Assembly (NCBI GenBank): GCA_048886185.1
Contig: JBHLKY010000008.1
Coordinates: 153,047 to 185,046, forward strand
Source: Candidatus Hermodarchaeota archaeon
GTDB taxonomy: Archaea > Asgardarchaeota > Heimdallarchaeia > Hodarchaeales > Hodarchaeaceae
Length of the DNA stretch: 32,000 nt
Direction: 5' to 3'
Shown: in pieces, positions 16,279 to 26,226 of the stretch
Layout: each line of letters begins with the position of its first letter
Position numbering within the stretch: position 1 is the stretch's first letter
Made by a program: the position numbers and the translations under genes
Notes under the pieces: generated by a model
Database searches by the model: none
The model's input: the letters and a program-made list of their open reading frames with translations, nothing else
Told to the model about the DNA's origin: nothing

Positions 16279-17037
16279 TCATATACCAAATTCTGAAGGG
16301 CGAGTTTTCACCTGTTCTGTTAAATCTTTTAATAAGAGTCGTACTTTTTCAGTTTGGGATGTATTTCCCACTTTATTGTATTTCTCATGAGCTTTGGCCA
16401 GCAGATCAATAACTTCCTTGACATTTTCTCGTGCACTTATTAAGGCCTTTGCTCGTTGGTATAATGCATGAGCTTCATATCGTGTTGGATCTTCCCGTCC
16501 TTTCTTGAACTCCTCTACAGCTTTTTCTAAATAATACGCCTTATCAAAGTTTGATTCCATAGCAGCAGCTCTTTGAACAAATGATCGTGCCCGAGCTCGG
16601 GCTGCCTCCATTTCTAAACCTGTAGTTTGGTAAAGGGCAGCTGCGGACTCATATAGACGAGCTGATTCAATAAATTCCCCTTCTTTTGCTTTCTCTTTCG
16701 CAAGTTCCCCCTGAGTCTGAGCTTGAATTGTACGAGCCTGTTTGGCTTCCTCTGAAAACCCTTCTGTTGAAAAAGTTACGTTTGCCTTACCAAAATATCG
16801 AATGGCATCAAGAAAATTCATATTCAGCATGTTTATATACCCATTGGTGCAGAATTGGTACGCTTCAGCCCTACGGCTTAATTTCTTTTGATCTCCTCCT
16901 GCAAAGAGCTTGGTCGCCTTTTTAAAACTCTCTAAAGCCTCATTATAACGCTGGGTTTCATAAAGAACCATGCCTTGATCGAATTCTTCTTGTGCTTTCT
17001 TGATTTTACTTCCCTTGAAAAATGGCATAATTGGCAA
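16279..17037 (-). CDS. All-helical TPR-like repeat protein
   Basis: Repeated patterns A.E.F.KA..LF, ESARLYESAAALY, AYYLEKAVEEF, LLAKAHEKY; start TTG 17037 or ATG 17028. Confidence 0.7.
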   Translation of the reverse strand: MPIMPFFKGSKIKKAQEEFDQGMVLYETQRYNEALESFKKATKLFAGGDQKKLSRRAEAYQFCTNGYINMLNMNFLDAIRYFGKANVTFSTEGFSEEAKQARTIQAQTQGELAKEKAKEGEFIESARLYESAAALYQTTGLEMEAARARARSFVQRAAAMESNFDKAYYLEKAVEEFKKGREDPTRYEAHALYQRAKALISARENVKEVIDLLAKAHEKYNKVGNTSQTEKVRLLLKDLTEQVKTRPSEFGI

Positions 17038-17431
17038 TTCCTTGACAAAAAAGTTAATGATTTGACAGATTTTTGGGATCCGAGTTTCATTAAATAACTT
17101 TTTATTACATGTTATTGAGATTGTTTATGATTAATTTTTTTCTAAAAAGCCAAGTGAACATTCTAGCATACACAGAATCCTGATTTAATGAATGGTACCT
17201 AATTCAAATCTGAATTCTACTCTGTTAATCTTCATACTGCAGAGAAAAATCTATAATAACATATTAATCTAGATAAATACCAATGGATCTTGACAAGTCA
17301 ATGAAAGACATTCAGTTCTCACTCTATTAGGGTCGTTCATAATCTCAATGGTATAAGAAAACATAAATAAAGAAAGTTAAATATCAAAGATCCTATAGAG
17401 TACTTTCCCTTAAAGTCATTCAAAATCTGGA

Positions 17432-20400
17432 ATGAAAGGGATTTTAGCTGTTCTCAAGAAAATAGAGAACAATCCTTTCGGTGGAATTAAAGTGAAAGAA
17501 CTTCGGATTGGAATAACTCTCTTTCTCTTATTAGTATCGATATTTGCTTTCTCAACACAAAATTCTCTTTATTTTCTCCCATTTACAAATAGAGACTCTT
17601 TATCTTCTTCGTCGGGAACAGAACGGATAAACCCATTACAAAATAATTTTCCCCCACCAACCTCAACAATCCATACAGGTATAATCCCTCCCTCAAGCTT
17701 TTCATCTCGAAATAGCATAAGCGATATTGAAGATCCACTACCTCAATATTTTCCTGGGAGTAATATCCACATTAGAAATCAGTTTACCCTTGCACAATAC
17801 AATGCTACCCACAATATCGTCATAGTATGTCAGATAATATACATCTTCCTTTTTGAGAGTAGTACAGATTTACAAACAATGATTAATGAAGGTAATAGCT
17901 CTGACCCAACAACCTCACCATATTATGTTCATGAAGCTATAACCAATGGCAGTCACGCCTTGGGGTGGCCTGCAATTGTACCTGACCTGATTCTAAACCC
18001 AACTGTCGGTTTCATTGATACCATTTTTCAAATTCCAGACAGTTCCACACTCGCGAACATGGGAATAACATCTGATGATGAAGTCACAATTTTTCAATAT
18101 TACCCCGCACATAATGAAACATCAAGAATCAACATACCTATCAGTAGAACTGATAACTTTACTCTGAGTTCAGTTGCCACATTCTCAGTAGACGCCCCAG
18201 GAATAATTAATCCTAATAGTGGGGATAATACTTTTCGACAAGGCGAATTTGCAACAGCTACCCTCAGCGCTATGTCAGGAACTACTCCGATAGATAATGT
18301 CTCTGTCAGCTGTAAACTCTATTTCGCGAATGATTCAGAAGTAACGGACTCTGGCTTTTTTTATGAGCTTCGAGAAGTCTCCTTTCCTTATTCACCTAGC
18401 ACTATAACAGATTTAAACGGAGATCTAGGATTATTCTTGAATACAACTTATCCAGATTCACCTGAGGGGGATTATTACATCAACCTAACGGCTGATTTTA
18501 CAGGTACACCTTTTTATCTCATGAACAGCGAAAAAGTCATTACTATTAAGGCAAGCTTTACCGTTGAAAATGAACCAGATATCGTTGCTGACAACTTATT
18601 CACAATTAGCAATGTACAACCTGATCCAATGGATCCCCCGAACGCAAATAATACAATAGTTACTATACAAATTCAAGCTTACGATGCGTATGGAACAGGA
18701 GCATATCCCTTAGCAAACATCCCCGTAAATGCAACATTAGACATTCAAGAAGTATGGGTAGACATCAATTTTGGAGCTGCTTTCACTCCAAATGGCACAG
18801 GATGGGCTCTTACTGATCTAAACGGAGAGATAACATTTGATATAACCGCAGGATTTCCCATCCCTTATGAATTGAAAACACCAATAATTACTGTGCAGGC
18901 CGATCTACAAAGTAATTTAGCGCCTATATATCCTCCTGGGGAACCTCATCGTTTTGTAGAGAATAGTACAGGTGGAAAGATCGTTACTGAAATTAGAGTA
19001 ATTAGTATTGACCCTGATTTCTGGGTTGGTGCCATTTATCGTATTAGTAGCCCTGTTAGTATTAGACCTGGTCAAAGTACAGAATTGGAGTATGAGGTTT
19101 CTAATGCTGGTGGGCCTACTCAAAATGTCCCAGTCAAAATTACTTCACAAGAATTTATCCCAGGTGTTACTCTATTCATCAATGAGACAATTTATCCTCG
19201 TTATGATATTTATGATTACTATTATACCGATTCAAATGGAAGGATCAAAGTAACTGTATATACAACATATCTAACCACTCCTGAATATGTGAAGAACATT
19301 GCTTTGAATATTACAGCAGACTTCGAAAATGATACCGAACCACGATGGATTGGAAGCACAAATGCCATTATAGCGTTTAGTGCAACAAACATTTATGCCA
19401 ACTTTGAAAGGACTTGGACCTCAGATATTCGAACCGATGACTTAACAATCAATCCCAATTTTAATAATTGTACAATCAGTTATTTAGCCACTAATGAATC
19501 TGATACCATTATTCGTCCTGGAGACGATATCGCAGTTACTTTTCAAGTTAGAGAGGAAGGTGGAACTCGTCTTAGTAATGTTTATGTAAATATCTCACTA
19601 TCTGGCTCATATCCAGGAGTCTCCCTTGCTATCCATCCCAGTTCAGGAGCTCAAGATCCTTTGAGAGCAGATTATTACTACACTAATGCTTCTGGAATGA
19701 TAACGGTTATTATTGGCACCATATATGGCACCACTCCAAAAACACTTGATATCATTCTTGATGCAACTGCAGATTTTGAGAATGATTCATATAGTGTCTG
19801 GTATGTTGGTTCGAAAGGTCTGCGACCTGATTTCCGTTCGAATAGCTCCTACTCTGAAGGTGTAGGCTCAATAACTGTGGCTCCCCAGTATTTCATAGGA
19901 GAGATTTCTGTGAAAGGAAATCCGAAGACAATAGTTCCGCAAAATGGTACTCTGATAATCGATTTCGAGCTTCGACTTAGAGATTATAATACAGGTACCC
20001 GTATCACTCCTCCTGCTATTTTAATTGATGGTGTAAATATCTCTATCTTGATAAATAATCAAGCACCAAGTGATTTGAATATGGAAGTTACACCAACATG
20101 GAAATACTCCGAAGATAGTATTGTTACATTTATCATCAAGACAAATAATACCTCAGGTATTGCACCTGAAGGAGATTATGTAATTAATGCTGAAGCAGAT
20201 TATGGGGCTGCACAGAGCTTAATCTATAACTTTACATATAATACAGTTCCAACAGGACACCTATCGGGGATTTGGGTGAATGCTTCTGATTCTGATGGCT
20301 ATTCCAGAACCTCACAATCATTTAAAGTGCAAAATAGGGATATAATTACAGTTTTAATTAGTGAAGTGACTGACCTCTTCCATCCAGATGCGGGATTCAA

Positions 20401-22570
20401 CAGCAATGATGGTTTATATGAAATTTATAGGGGCAGTACAAATATTAACATTACTGGGACTTACGAAGATGCTACTCAAGACCCTGTGCCCGTTGATAAT
20501 ATACAAATCCTTATGAATCATTCTAAAGGATTTGAAATATTAGCATCTTCTGTAAGTGTAACTGATGGAATTTTTTCAGTGATTGTCAATTTACCACCCA
20601 CTACTCCTCTTGAGGACGGAATTGAAATTTATGGTTATGACCCAACACCACCTATACCCCCAGAAGTGAGAGTGGGCTATAATGCCACTCGAGTAGTAAC
20701 CACTGTTGATCTTAGTCATGCTATCAGTGGTTTCAACGGAGATTCTGTATTCCCAGGAGAATCCCTTTCAATACAAGGTCGACTGACTGATAACTTAGGG
20801 AATTTCATCGATTCTTCCATACCAATGTTTCAGGATTCATTCTCCGAACTCACAGGACGTCTCCGTCTTGTTGGGTGGACTGGAACAGATGAAGTCGGGG
20901 TACCATTTGAAACAACTCCAAATCCTGATGGATCCTTCGATCTGTCTTATCAAATCCCCTACAATTATACCGATGACATCTTGTTCATAAGGCTGAATAT
21001 TACCAGTCTTGGATTAATTCATTATCGTACGAATTATATCCAAACCACATCAATTAACGTTTATCATGATTTCCAAATTGAGAATCTAGAAATTTATTTC
21101 CCTGGAAATGATTCTTCGACAGGACTAACGAACAATAGCATTTATATTGTTTCAGGAATTAACAATCGAGATATCACTATTAGGGGCACTCTAGTAGATT
21201 CAATTGGGAGAAATTTAATTGAGAAACAGATAAGGACAACGTGGAACGGTAGCCCCGCTCTGGGATCCGTAAATGCTGTTGGATATTTTTCCAGGGATTA
21301 TTCATTCTCAGGATGGGAAAATAATAGTTGGATTTGGCAATTCCACCATATTTTAGATAATGGGACAATCCTATCATCATTCTATATTATCACTCTTCAC
21401 TGGGAGGTGTATGACGAAACAGAACCTTCAATTACCATTGTTGAACCCATCGCTAATTCTTCTGAAGGTGTTGTACTTCTTCGACAAAATGACACAACAA
21501 TGATTATCGTGACAGTCAGGGATCCAGACTATAATGTTGTTTCAGTTGGTTTAGACCCCACGACAGTCATGATCATTATAAATGGCACTAGCGATACCAT
21601 GGTTTCATCCGATAATACTACATTTTCTTACATGTGGGACACTTCTGATCCTGTTGACGGTTTCTATATTATCACAATTCAAGTTTCTGATTTAGCTAAT
21701 AATACAAATCAGACAGAAATTATGATTGTGTTTGATGTAAAACTTCCAACTGGAACAATTGAGGCCCTAGCAAACAGTGAAGGATATCTAATTATCGATC
21801 ATGAAACTGGAAATGCGGTAATTTCAGGGAAAATCGAAGACAAAAGTTCTATCACTGGTTGGAATTTTGGTATCGATAATGTTTCAGCTCGTTTTTATAT
21901 TCTTAATACCCAAAGGGGTATTCTCATGGTTAATTCAAGCATTTTTATAAGTGAAAACAGTTATTCATATGATTGGGGTATAATCTTCAATCCAGATGAT
22001 TTTGAACAACTTGAACGTAATGGTTCTTTCGTTGGATATGAGGAATGGACATTACGAATTACATTCAGTGATTTGGCTGGTAATTCAAACCAAACTGAAA
22101 TAATTGTGAAGCTAGATAACACCCAACCCTCCTTAAGTATTAAAGACGAGTTACCTGACAATATAGAGAAAAATTTGGTATTAAATATTACATATGAAGA
22201 TCAACATAGCGGGATCTACATAGAATCTCTTTCGATTCAGCTTCTCAACTCAACGAAAGCTTTCGTAAATGGATATACTTTTTATTCTGGAGATAACAAT
22301 TTCATAGCTGTTTCAGAAAGTGAGGCAACTATTGATTTTGATCTTTCAGGATTAAAGAAAGGTAAATATTTTGTAAGAGTAGTCATTTTTGATAATACCG
22401 GAAATAAAAAAGAGATAATTTCTGACTCCTTTAATTTTACTCCTCCCAGTCCCCCATCAAACCCGCTTATAAACATAATCCTTGTTGTTTTGTCTCCAAT
22501 TCTCGCTTTTGGTGGAGGAGTTGGAATAGCTGCGCTGTATGAACGAATAAAAGGGATAAGAAGTGCATAA
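17432..22570 (+). CDS. Giant (1712 aa) membrane-anchored surface protein with tandem Ig-like beta modules
   Basis: N-terminal hydrophobic signal-like segment (an alternative GTG start at 17492 gives MKELRIGITLFLLLVSIFAFS), T/S/D/N-rich beta modules, many NxS/T sequons, a PPSPPSNP linker, a C-terminal TM helix and a short basic tail ERIKGIRSA. Confidence 0.88.
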   Translation: MKGILAVLKKIENNPFGGIKVKELRIGITLFLLLVSIFAFSTQNSLYFLPFTNRDSLSSSSGTERINPLQNNFPPPTSTIHTGIIPPSSFSSRNSISDIEDPLPQYFPGSNIHIRNQFTLAQYNATHNIVIVCQIIYIFLFESSTDLQTMINEGNSSDPTTSPYYVHEAITNGSHALGWPAIVPDLILNPTVGFIDTIFQIPDSSTLANMGITSDDEVTIFQYYPAHNETSRINIPISRTDNFTLSSVATFSVDAPGIINPNSGDNTFRQGEFATATLSAMSGTTPIDNVSVSCKLYFANDSEVTDSGFFYELREVSFPYSPSTITDLNGDLGLFLNTTYPDSPEGDYYINLTADFTGTPFYLMNSEKVITIKASFTVENEPDIVADNLFTISNVQPDPMDPPNANNTIVTIQIQAYDAYGTGAYPLANIPVNATLDIQEVWVDINFGAAFTPNGTGWALTDLNGEITFDITAGFPIPYELKTPIITVQADLQSNLAPIYPPGEPHRFVENSTGGKIVTEIRVISIDPDFWVGAIYRISSPVSIRPGQSTELEYEVSNAGGPTQNVPVKITSQEFIPGVTLFINETIYPRYDIYDYYYTDSNGRIKVTVYTTYLTTPEYVKNIALNITADFENDTEPRWIGSTNAIIAFSATNIYANFERTWTSDIRTDDLTINPNFNNCTISYLATNESDTIIRPGDDIAVTFQVREEGGTRLSNVYVNISLSGSYPGVSLAIHPSSGAQDPLRADYYYTNASGMITVIIGTIYGTTPKTLDIILDATADFENDSYSVWYVGSKGLRPDFRSNSSYSEGVGSITVAPQYFIGEISVKGNPKTIVPQNGTLIIDFELRLRDYNTGTRITPPAILIDGVNISILINNQAPSDLNMEVTPTWKYSEDSIVTFIIKTNNTSGIAPEGDYVINAEADYGAAQSLIYNFTYNTVPTGHLSGIWVNASDSDGYSRTSQSFKVQNRDIITVLISEVTDLFHPDAGFNSNDGLYEIYRGSTNINITGTYEDATQDPVPVDNIQILMNHSKGFEILASSVSVTDGIFSVIVNLPPTTPLEDGIEIYGYDPTPPIPPEVRVGYNATRVVTTVDLSHAISGFNGDSVFPGESLSIQGRLTDNLGNFIDSSIPMFQDSFSELTGRLRLVGWTGTDEVGVPFETTPNPDGSFDLSYQIPYNYTDDILFIRLNITSLGLIHYRTNYIQTTSINVYHDFQIENLEIYFPGNDSSTGLTNNSIYIVSGINNRDITIRGTLVDSIGRNLIEKQIRTTWNGSPALGSVNAVGYFSRDYSFSGWENNSWIWQFHHILDNGTILSSFYIITLHWEVYDETEPSITIVEPIANSSEGVVLLRQNDTTMIIVTVRDPDYNVVSVGLDPTTVMIIINGTSDTMVSSDNTTFSYMWDTSDPVDGFYIITIQVSDLANNTNQTEIMIVFDVKLPTGTIEALANSEGYLIIDHETGNAVISGKIEDKSSITGWNFGIDNVSARFYILNTQRGILMVNSSIFISENSYSYDWGIIFNPDDFEQLERNGSFVGYEEWTLRITFSDLAGNSNQTEIIVKLDNTQPSLSIKDELPDNIEKNLVLNITYEDQHSGIYIESLSIQLLNSTKAFVNGYTFYSGDNNFIAVSESEATIDFDLSGLKKGKYFVRVVIFDNTGNKKEIISDSFNFTPPSPPSNPLINIILVVLSPILAFGGGVGIAALYERIKGIRSA
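18227..20210 (+). repeat. Five degenerate protein-level modules spaced about 140-150 aa apart
   Basis: Recurring motifs TDLNGDL / TDLNGEI / YYYTDSNGRI / YYYTNASGMI and NLTADF / VQADL / NITADFEND / DATADFEND / NAEADY; boundaries approximate. Confidence 0.7.
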
Positions 22571-22738
22571 CGCTTATATAAAACACAAAAAATTACAGAT
22601 GTTTCAAGATGTCTTTAAAGAAATATTATAAATATGGAATAAAATAAAGATTAAAAAATAAATGAAAACCCTAGTAATCTAGATTGGATAAGATCAGGAT
22701 AAATTCAAACTATAAATCAATTGAGAATCGTGATACGA

Positions 22739-23245
22739 ATGATTGGAATCAACTTCTTTGCTCAAGGAATATTAGATTTACTCCTCCCTATTCTAATCTT
22801 AGGCGCTTTGATTATCGCTGGCTTTTTATTGTTCTATTTTCGAGAACAAATTGTAGAAGCCTTAGGAGTAGGTGGAGTGAAAAAGACTATAACAGAACAA
22901 GAGATCGAGCAACGTCTTGTTCAAATTCGACAATTGGCTCGCCAACAGATGTTTCGGGAAGCATCAGTCTTAATGTGGCAAACAATGACTCTTGCTTCAG
23001 AGTCTTTCCTCGGTGTTGGCCGTTCACCTAACGAATCAGCACGACAACTGGGTGTTAAACTCATGAATCGTGGAGATATAGACCCCAGTGCTATTAATGC
23101 CATTGTAATGGCTTTTGAGAAGGCACGATATGGCCAAGCTCCTCTCACCACTCAGGAATTCAAGGATGGTTTATCAGGACTTCACCAATTCCTCCAAACA
23201 GCAACATCAGCCGGTAGACTCGCAGAGACACCTGAAGAATATTGA
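22739..23245 (+). CDS. DUF4129-like protein with N-terminal TM anchor
   Basis: TM LLLPILILGALIIAGFLLFYF, RSPNESARQL and FEKARYG (DUF4129-type motifs); ATG 22739 preferred to TTG 22721. Confidence 0.7.
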   Translation: MIGINFFAQGILDLLLPILILGALIIAGFLLFYFREQIVEALGVGGVKKTITEQEIEQRLVQIRQLARQQMFREASVLMWQTMTLASESFLGVGRSPNESARQLGVKLMNRGDIDPSAINAIVMAFEKARYGQAPLTTQEFKDGLSGLHQFLQTATSAGRLAETPEEY

Positions 23246-23292
23246 TCGTAAATAGAGAATAGATACTGTCATTAAAAGCTTAGTGAGATCTC

Positions 23293-25056
23293 ATGGTAGA
23301 GATAAATCGAACAACAGCAGCATTAATTATCCTTGCTATTTTCATTAGCTATCCGTTTGCAGCTGCTTTTGTATTAGGATTCCTTCCGCGAGCATTTTCT
23401 AAAAACACCACTAACTTTTCAATCTATAATGAGGAGTGGAATGGAGCTAGCAAATTCAAGGAAATGTTTGAGGAAACCTCAAATAACGCTCAAATCTCTA
23501 CTATTGTTGGTAGCAGTAATATACTCAACCGTCTAAATAATACAGAAATGAATGGATCTCTTATTATTCTTGGCCCCGCGATTCACTATGATTTCTCTGA
23601 AGCCTTAGCTATTATTATGTTCGCCATCAATGGAGGACGAGTACTAATAGCAGATGATTTTGGAACAGCAAACGATATCCTTGGAGTTTTATCTATATTT
23701 TTGGGATTTATGTCACAAGTGGATCTTCTTGACTTGGGAATGGGAAATGTGGCAGGAACGAATATATTTGGGCTAAATACAACTACTGGGATTAATGCGA
23801 CTGAGAATGGGGAGGATGAAAATTGTACATCGGCTGCAAACTTCCCAATTGCTGGAATAGCCATTAATGGTAGTCTTCTCGCTGACCAAGGCAGCTATAA
23901 TGATACACCTCTTACTCCTGTATTCAGTTCTCCCACCTCGAGTACACAAGAAGGGACTAGTTATCGCATGCCAGCACCTTGGGTCACCGATTTTACAGAA
24001 GGTTTGAGCGGTAATGGGGTAATCGGAAATTTTGCTTCAATAATTTCGATGAAAGTTAGGTATCCAAAACCGAAAAGTGAGTATGAGAATCCCAATGATT
24101 TTGATGAGTGTAATCCTGAATTTATCACGAAATGGGTTCCAATGGGAGAATTTCCAGCTTCTGCCTCAGGAGCTTATAATGAATTAGCGGATTTGGGGAT
24201 AGCTGTGCCTGATTTAGATTTCAGTCTACAAATAGCGGTATTATATAGCAGTTCCCATGCATGGCTAGAATCAAACATTGAACTTGCAAAGAGAGATGTC
24301 AATAAAATTGGTCCCAACAGCTCAAATCCTTATGAATGGGCGCACCCAAGTGTTGGTTTTCCAGTATTCGTTTATTTTCCTTTTCCTTTAGGAGGAGACA
24401 TAATTATCTGTTCTGATCCATCAATATTCATAAATAAGTACATTGATGAAGATAGAAATGATTATGACGATACTTTTGATAATAATCAATTCGCTCAAAA
24501 TGTAATCAATAAAATCATGAGAGACCGAAGAGGGCAAACAATTATATTTGATGAAGCTCATCTTGCAAATCATCCCTTATCCCCTACTTTCCCCTTAAGT
24601 CTATATCTGAAATTTCTCGATATGATAACCATGTTTCCATTGTTTGCATGGGCATTACCTTTTGCAGCAATCTTATTATCCCGGCGTTTTATGCCAAAAA
24701 GAACTCAAGCTAAACCTCTCTTATTAACTCGTGTTGAACGTTATTACGGCCGAAGTTTCTTTGCTGTAAAAATGCGCTGGTTTCTTGAATATCAACAATA
24801 TTCACGTGGCTTAGAATTAATTTATCGCCGACTAAGGCGAAATTTGATCAGACGATATAATCCTGAGGTTGAACTAACTCCTGAAATCGCCGCCACTTAC
24901 TTAGTAAATGAATTTCCTAATCGATTTACCCATAGAGGTATTACTGAAGGTTTAACAATTATTGAACAGATTATTGATAGACGAGCTACAATTTCAGAAC
25001 AAGAGTTCTTAACCCATTATCTGTTCTTGAAAGACATCGGGGTGGAGATAACTTAA
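23293..25056 (+). CDS. DUF4350-like membrane-anchored protein
   Basis: N-terminal TM; SIYNEEWNGASKF, GGRVLIADDFG, DPSIFIN and IIFDEAH motifs; a second TM and a basic helical C-terminal domain. Confidence 0.7.
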   Translation: MVEINRTTAALIILAIFISYPFAAAFVLGFLPRAFSKNTTNFSIYNEEWNGASKFKEMFEETSNNAQISTIVGSSNILNRLNNTEMNGSLIILGPAIHYDFSEALAIIMFAINGGRVLIADDFGTANDILGVLSIFLGFMSQVDLLDLGMGNVAGTNIFGLNTTTGINATENGEDENCTSAANFPIAGIAINGSLLADQGSYNDTPLTPVFSSPTSSTQEGTSYRMPAPWVTDFTEGLSGNGVIGNFASIISMKVRYPKPKSEYENPNDFDECNPEFITKWVPMGEFPASASGAYNELADLGIAVPDLDFSLQIAVLYSSSHAWLESNIELAKRDVNKIGPNSSNPYEWAHPSVGFPVFVYFPFPLGGDIIICSDPSIFINKYIDEDRNDYDDTFDNNQFAQNVINKIMRDRRGQTIIFDEAHLANHPLSPTFPLSLYLKFLDMITMFPLFAWALPFAAILLSRRFMPKRTQAKPLLLTRVERYYGRSFFAVKMRWFLEYQQYSRGLELIYRRLRRNLIRRYNPEVELTPEIAATYLVNEFPNRFTHRGITEGLTIIEQIIDRRATISEQEFLTHYLFLKDIGVEIT

Positions 25057-25094
25057 TCATAGTAAAACTAATAAACTCATAAACTAGACTAGAA

Positions 25095-26159
25095 GTGAAA
25101 GAAATGAGTAAAACCAATTTGGAAGGTAAAGACTTCACTAGTGATGATCTAACTTATGAAATGCTGGAAGTTAGCGACGTTGCTCGTGCTTACCAGCAAA
25201 TTATGGGAGAAGTTCGGAAAGTCTACATTGGAAGGACTGAAATCTTTGAAATGCTTTGGATTGCAATGTTAACTGGTAAACATGTCTATCTTGAAGGTGT
25301 TCCTGGTATTGGAAAAACTTATATGGCGGAAACCTTCTCTAAAGTTCTTGGGACTGTATATAGACGCATTCAATTCACTCCTGATATGCTTCCTTCTGAT
25401 ATTGTGGGAACTAATATTTTCAATCCAAAAACAGGAACTTTTCGTCTTAAGAAAGGCCCAATTTTTGGAAATGTGATTCTCGCAGATGAAATTAATCGGG
25501 CCCCTCCAAAAACACAATCAGCAATGCTTGAAGCTATGGCTGAACGTCAGGTTTCAATAGAAGGAGAAACTCATAAGCTCGAAAAACCTTTTGTTGTTAT
25601 GGCAACTGCAAACCCTGTTGAACAAGAAGGAACCTATCCGCTACCTGAGGCGCAATTAGACCGTTTTATGATAAAAGTCATTGTTCATCACTCTTCTCCT
25701 GACGATGAACTACGAATTATTAAATTCAAAAACGAACCCGTTCCAGCAAAAGTCAACCAAGTTGTTTCGCCACAAACTATTGTTGCAATGATGGATGTGG
25801 TCAAGAGAGTGTACGTCTGTCCTGAACTCTTGGAATTAATCCGCGACATAACTGTTTCAACACGAACAGACCCCCGTTTAGTTTTAGGATGTTCTCCCCG
25901 TGGAAGTGAAAGCCTCTTATTAGCTGGGAAAGCACGAGCTGCAATTCATGCAAGAGAATTCGTCATTCCTGATGATATTCTTTTGATGATTCCTCATATT
26001 GTTCATCATCGCCTCATTCTAAAACCTGAAGCTGAATTAGAAGGAATTACTCAGATAAGAATCGCAGAGGACATACGTGATACTTTAGTTATTCCAGTAG
26101 ATCCAATCGAAGAAGGAGCGATTTATGAGGAGTATTACGAAGAAGTATATGAAGAATAA
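25095..26159 (+). CDS. moxR: MoxR-family AAA+ ATPase (MoxR proper)
   Basis: EGVPGIGKT, RIQFTPDMLPSDIVG, DEINRAPPKTQSAMLEAM, NPVEQEGTYPLPEAQLDRF, SPRG; start GTG 25095 or ATG 25104. Confidence 0.96.
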   Translation: MKEMSKTNLEGKDFTSDDLTYEMLEVSDVARAYQQIMGEVRKVYIGRTEIFEMLWIAMLTGKHVYLEGVPGIGKTYMAETFSKVLGTVYRRIQFTPDMLPSDIVGTNIFNPKTGTFRLKKGPIFGNVILADEINRAPPKTQSAMLEAMAERQVSIEGETHKLEKPFVVMATANPVEQEGTYPLPEAQLDRFMIKVIVHHSSPDDELRIIKFKNEPVPAKVNQVVSPQTIVAMMDVVKRVYVCPELLELIRDITVSTRTDPRLVLGCSPRGSESLLLAGKARAAIHAREFVIPDDILLMIPHIVHHRLILKPEAELEGITQIRIAEDIRDTLVIPVDPIEEGAIYEEYYEEVYEE

Positions 26160-26226
26160 CTTAAGCTCAAAAATCTATACCAATTATCGATTAAAAAAAT
26201 CTAGAATCTCCTAGGAGTATAATTGA

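Noticed and set aside
17432-22570. Possible transglutaminase domain or mobile element/CRISPR origin for the repeats in the giant gene
   Set aside because: Only three scattered Cys and no GxC-type catalytic context were seen; the repeats are degenerate at protein level, with no DNA-level direct repeats, spacers, terminal inverted repeats or transposase.
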